DNA of 32,000 nt, from contig NC_003902.1 in NCBI RefSeq assembly GCF_000007145.1, forward strand, positions 967,436 through 999,435, given 5' to 3'. The translations under genes were made by a program, and so were the position numbers. Source of the stretch: Xanthomonas campestris pv. campestris str. ATCC 33913 (GTDB lineage: Bacteria; Pseudomonadota; Gammaproteobacteria; Xanthomonadales; Xanthomonadaceae). This document shows, one piece after another, positions 30,774 through 32,000 of the stretch. Position 1 is the first letter of the stretch, and each line of letters opens with the position of its first letter. The notes under the pieces were generated by a model. It was given only the letters and a program-made list of their open reading frames with translations. It made no database searches and was not told the DNA's origin.

Positions 30774-32000
30774 ATGACCCAGTTCCTGCCCACCGATGCG
30801 CTTCCCAGCCGCAACCCGCAACTGTTGGATCAGGTGCGCGAGGTGGTGCTCGTGCCGCTGGCCGACGCCTTCCTGGACGTGCAGGACGTGCTGGCCGAGT
30901 CGCTGTTCCGGCTGGCGGCCGATGCCGGCCCGGCGCAGAACGATTTCATGGAAGCGATCAAGGCGTTGCGCCAGCAACGTGAGCCGATCACCGCGCGCTT
31001 CCGTGGGCATCTGGCGCAGGCCTGGCAAGGCCTGGAATCCGGGCGCCCGCTGTCGGCCGACCGCACCCTGGCGCGCGGCGGCGCGGGCCTGAGCCTGCTG
31101 CCCGAACACGACCTGGAGGTGCGCCTGGCGGTGCGCAACCTGGCGGGCGCCCTGCAACACCAGTGGCGCCCGGAGCTGATGCGGCTCAACCGCTACCTGG
31201 GCTTCATTGCCGGCGGCCTGCGCATTGACGGCGACAGCAATCCGTTTGGCCCCGAGCACCTGGGCGTGGCGCTGTACGAAGCCTTCCAGGGCGTGAGCCT
31301 GGCGCCGAAGGTGCATCTGGCGGTGATCAAACTGTGCGAGCAGCAGTTGATGGACCGCGTCGGCACACGCTACAGCGAACTCGAACAGGCGCTGGCACAG
31401 GTGGCGCGCCTGCGCGACCTGCCAAAGGCACGCAGCCGCCGGCGCGGGATTCCGCGCCAGGGCGAGGCAGTGGGCGAAGACAGCGGCGATGCGCCCGACT
31501 GGATCGCACGCTTCTTCGCCGACTGGTCCGGCGGCCAGAGTGCGCTGGTCGGAGTGGAGGTCATCGACGTGCATCTGCGCACCGGCCGAGACGTGCTGCC
31601 GGCCGGGCTGCATCAGTTGCTGCAGCATGCCCGCCGGCAACGCGAGCCGGGCCAGGCAACTGTCTCCACCGAGCAACGGTTGCTGTCGCCGCGCGAAGTG
31701 GTCTCGGCCCTGTCATTGCTGCAGACCATGCCCAAGGCCGGCTTTGAGGCCATCGACGGGCTGCAGCTGGGCCTGGCGCGCGGGCTGCGCCAGCAGGTGA
31801 TGCGTGCGGCGGCCTCGCTGGGCGTGGACCCGGCCACCGCCCGCCTCAATCCTGACGACGAAGACGCGCTGGATCTGGTGGCGCTGTTGTTCGAAGCGAT
31901 CCTGGTGCAGAGCCATCTGTCCGACTGGCAGCGCGCCTTGCTGGGCCATCTGCTGGTGCCGATGGCCAAGATGGCCATGCTCGACGGCCGCCTGTTCGTG
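30774..32000 (+). CDS. Conserved hypothetical protein, probably DUF1631 family; 5' part, continues beyond the window
   Basis: Hand translation from ATG 30774 is open for 409 codons to the window end (MTQFLPTDALPSRNPQLLDQVREVVLVPLADAFLDVQDVL...HLLVPMAKMAMLDGRLFV). Third positions are strongly G/C. It is not in the ORF track because it has no stop. The DUF1631 assignment is from memory of that family's helical N-terminal region and is unverified. Confidence 0.7.
   Translation, partial: MTQFLPTDALPSRNPQLLDQVREVVLVPLADAFLDVQDVLAESLFRLAADAGPAQNDFMEAIKALRQQREPITARFRGHLAQAWQGLESGRPLSADRTLARGGAGLSLLPEHDLEVRLAVRNLAGALQHQWRPELMRLNRYLGFIAGGLRIDGDSNPFGPEHLGVALYEAFQGVSLAPKVHLAVIKLCEQQLMDRVGTRYSELEQALAQVARLRDLPKARSRRRGIPRQGEAVGEDSGDAPDWIARFFADWSGGQSALVGVEVIDVHLRTGRDVLPAGLHQLLQHARRQREPGQATVSTEQRLLSPREVVSALSLLQTMPKAGFEAIDGLQLGLARGLRQQVMRAAASLGVDPATARLNPDDEDALDLVALLFEAILVQSHLSDWQRALLGHLLVPMAKMAMLDGRLFV

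Noticed and set aside
1-32000. Search for CRISPR arrays, tRNA/rRNA/tmRNA genes, IS elements, integrases, phage genes and toxin-antitoxin pairs
   Set aside because: There are no regularly spaced direct repeats of CRISPR type and no cloverleaf-like conserved tRNA sequences in the spacers I read. There are no transposase or integrase motifs and no small paired ORFs with TA-like features. The only repeats are the REP doublets, the heptamer array and the short tandem units reported above.

Overview
Visibly GC-rich chromosomal DNA that reads as core Xanthomonadaceae (Xanthomonas-type) genome. Recognisable landmarks are the ahpC / ahpF-oxyR-orfX(rnk) arrangement, a Xanthomonas-type proline iminopeptidase, glnS, rlmM, msrA, tal and prmC. 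I make 35 gene calls: 32 complete CDS, one aldehyde dehydrogenase split by a frameshift, and two CDS cut by the window edges. One of the edge-cut CDS (30774..32000) is absent from the ORF track because it never reaches a stop. I found no rRNA, tRNA, CRISPR array, IS element, integrase, phage gene or recognisable defence/toxin module, so this is not an obvious accessory island. Most long ORFs in the track are antisense or out-of-frame shadows typical of high-GC DNA. Several true genes start well inside their listed ORF; I checked start codons and RBS by eye. Non-coding content includes one canonical rho-independent terminator (tal), several GC-rich hairpins lacking U-tracts, two copies of a GTAG-type REP doublet (REPIN-like), and a heptamer microsatellite. 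It also includes a perfect 9-7-9 inverted repeat in front of the MarR gene and an OxyR-type ATAG-N7-CTAT tetrad abutting a plausible ahpC promoter. I cannot demonstrate a new biological system here. The best candidates are gene-neighbourhood oddities held together by overlapping stop/start codons: (i) a stand-alone STN-domain lipoprotein, a 10-Cys lipoprotein and a GuaD-like deaminase (8176-9575); (ii) a GAF-LuxR, a CHASE3 hybrid histidine kinase and a REC-only protein with no Hpt (14446-17521); (iii) a nitroreductase, a FEN-type 5'-3' exonuclease, a NudF-like Nudix and an FGase-family amidohydrolase (27753-30643); plus an orphan 240-aa protein with no motif I recognise (3903-4625). All functional links are inference and need database and experimental checks.
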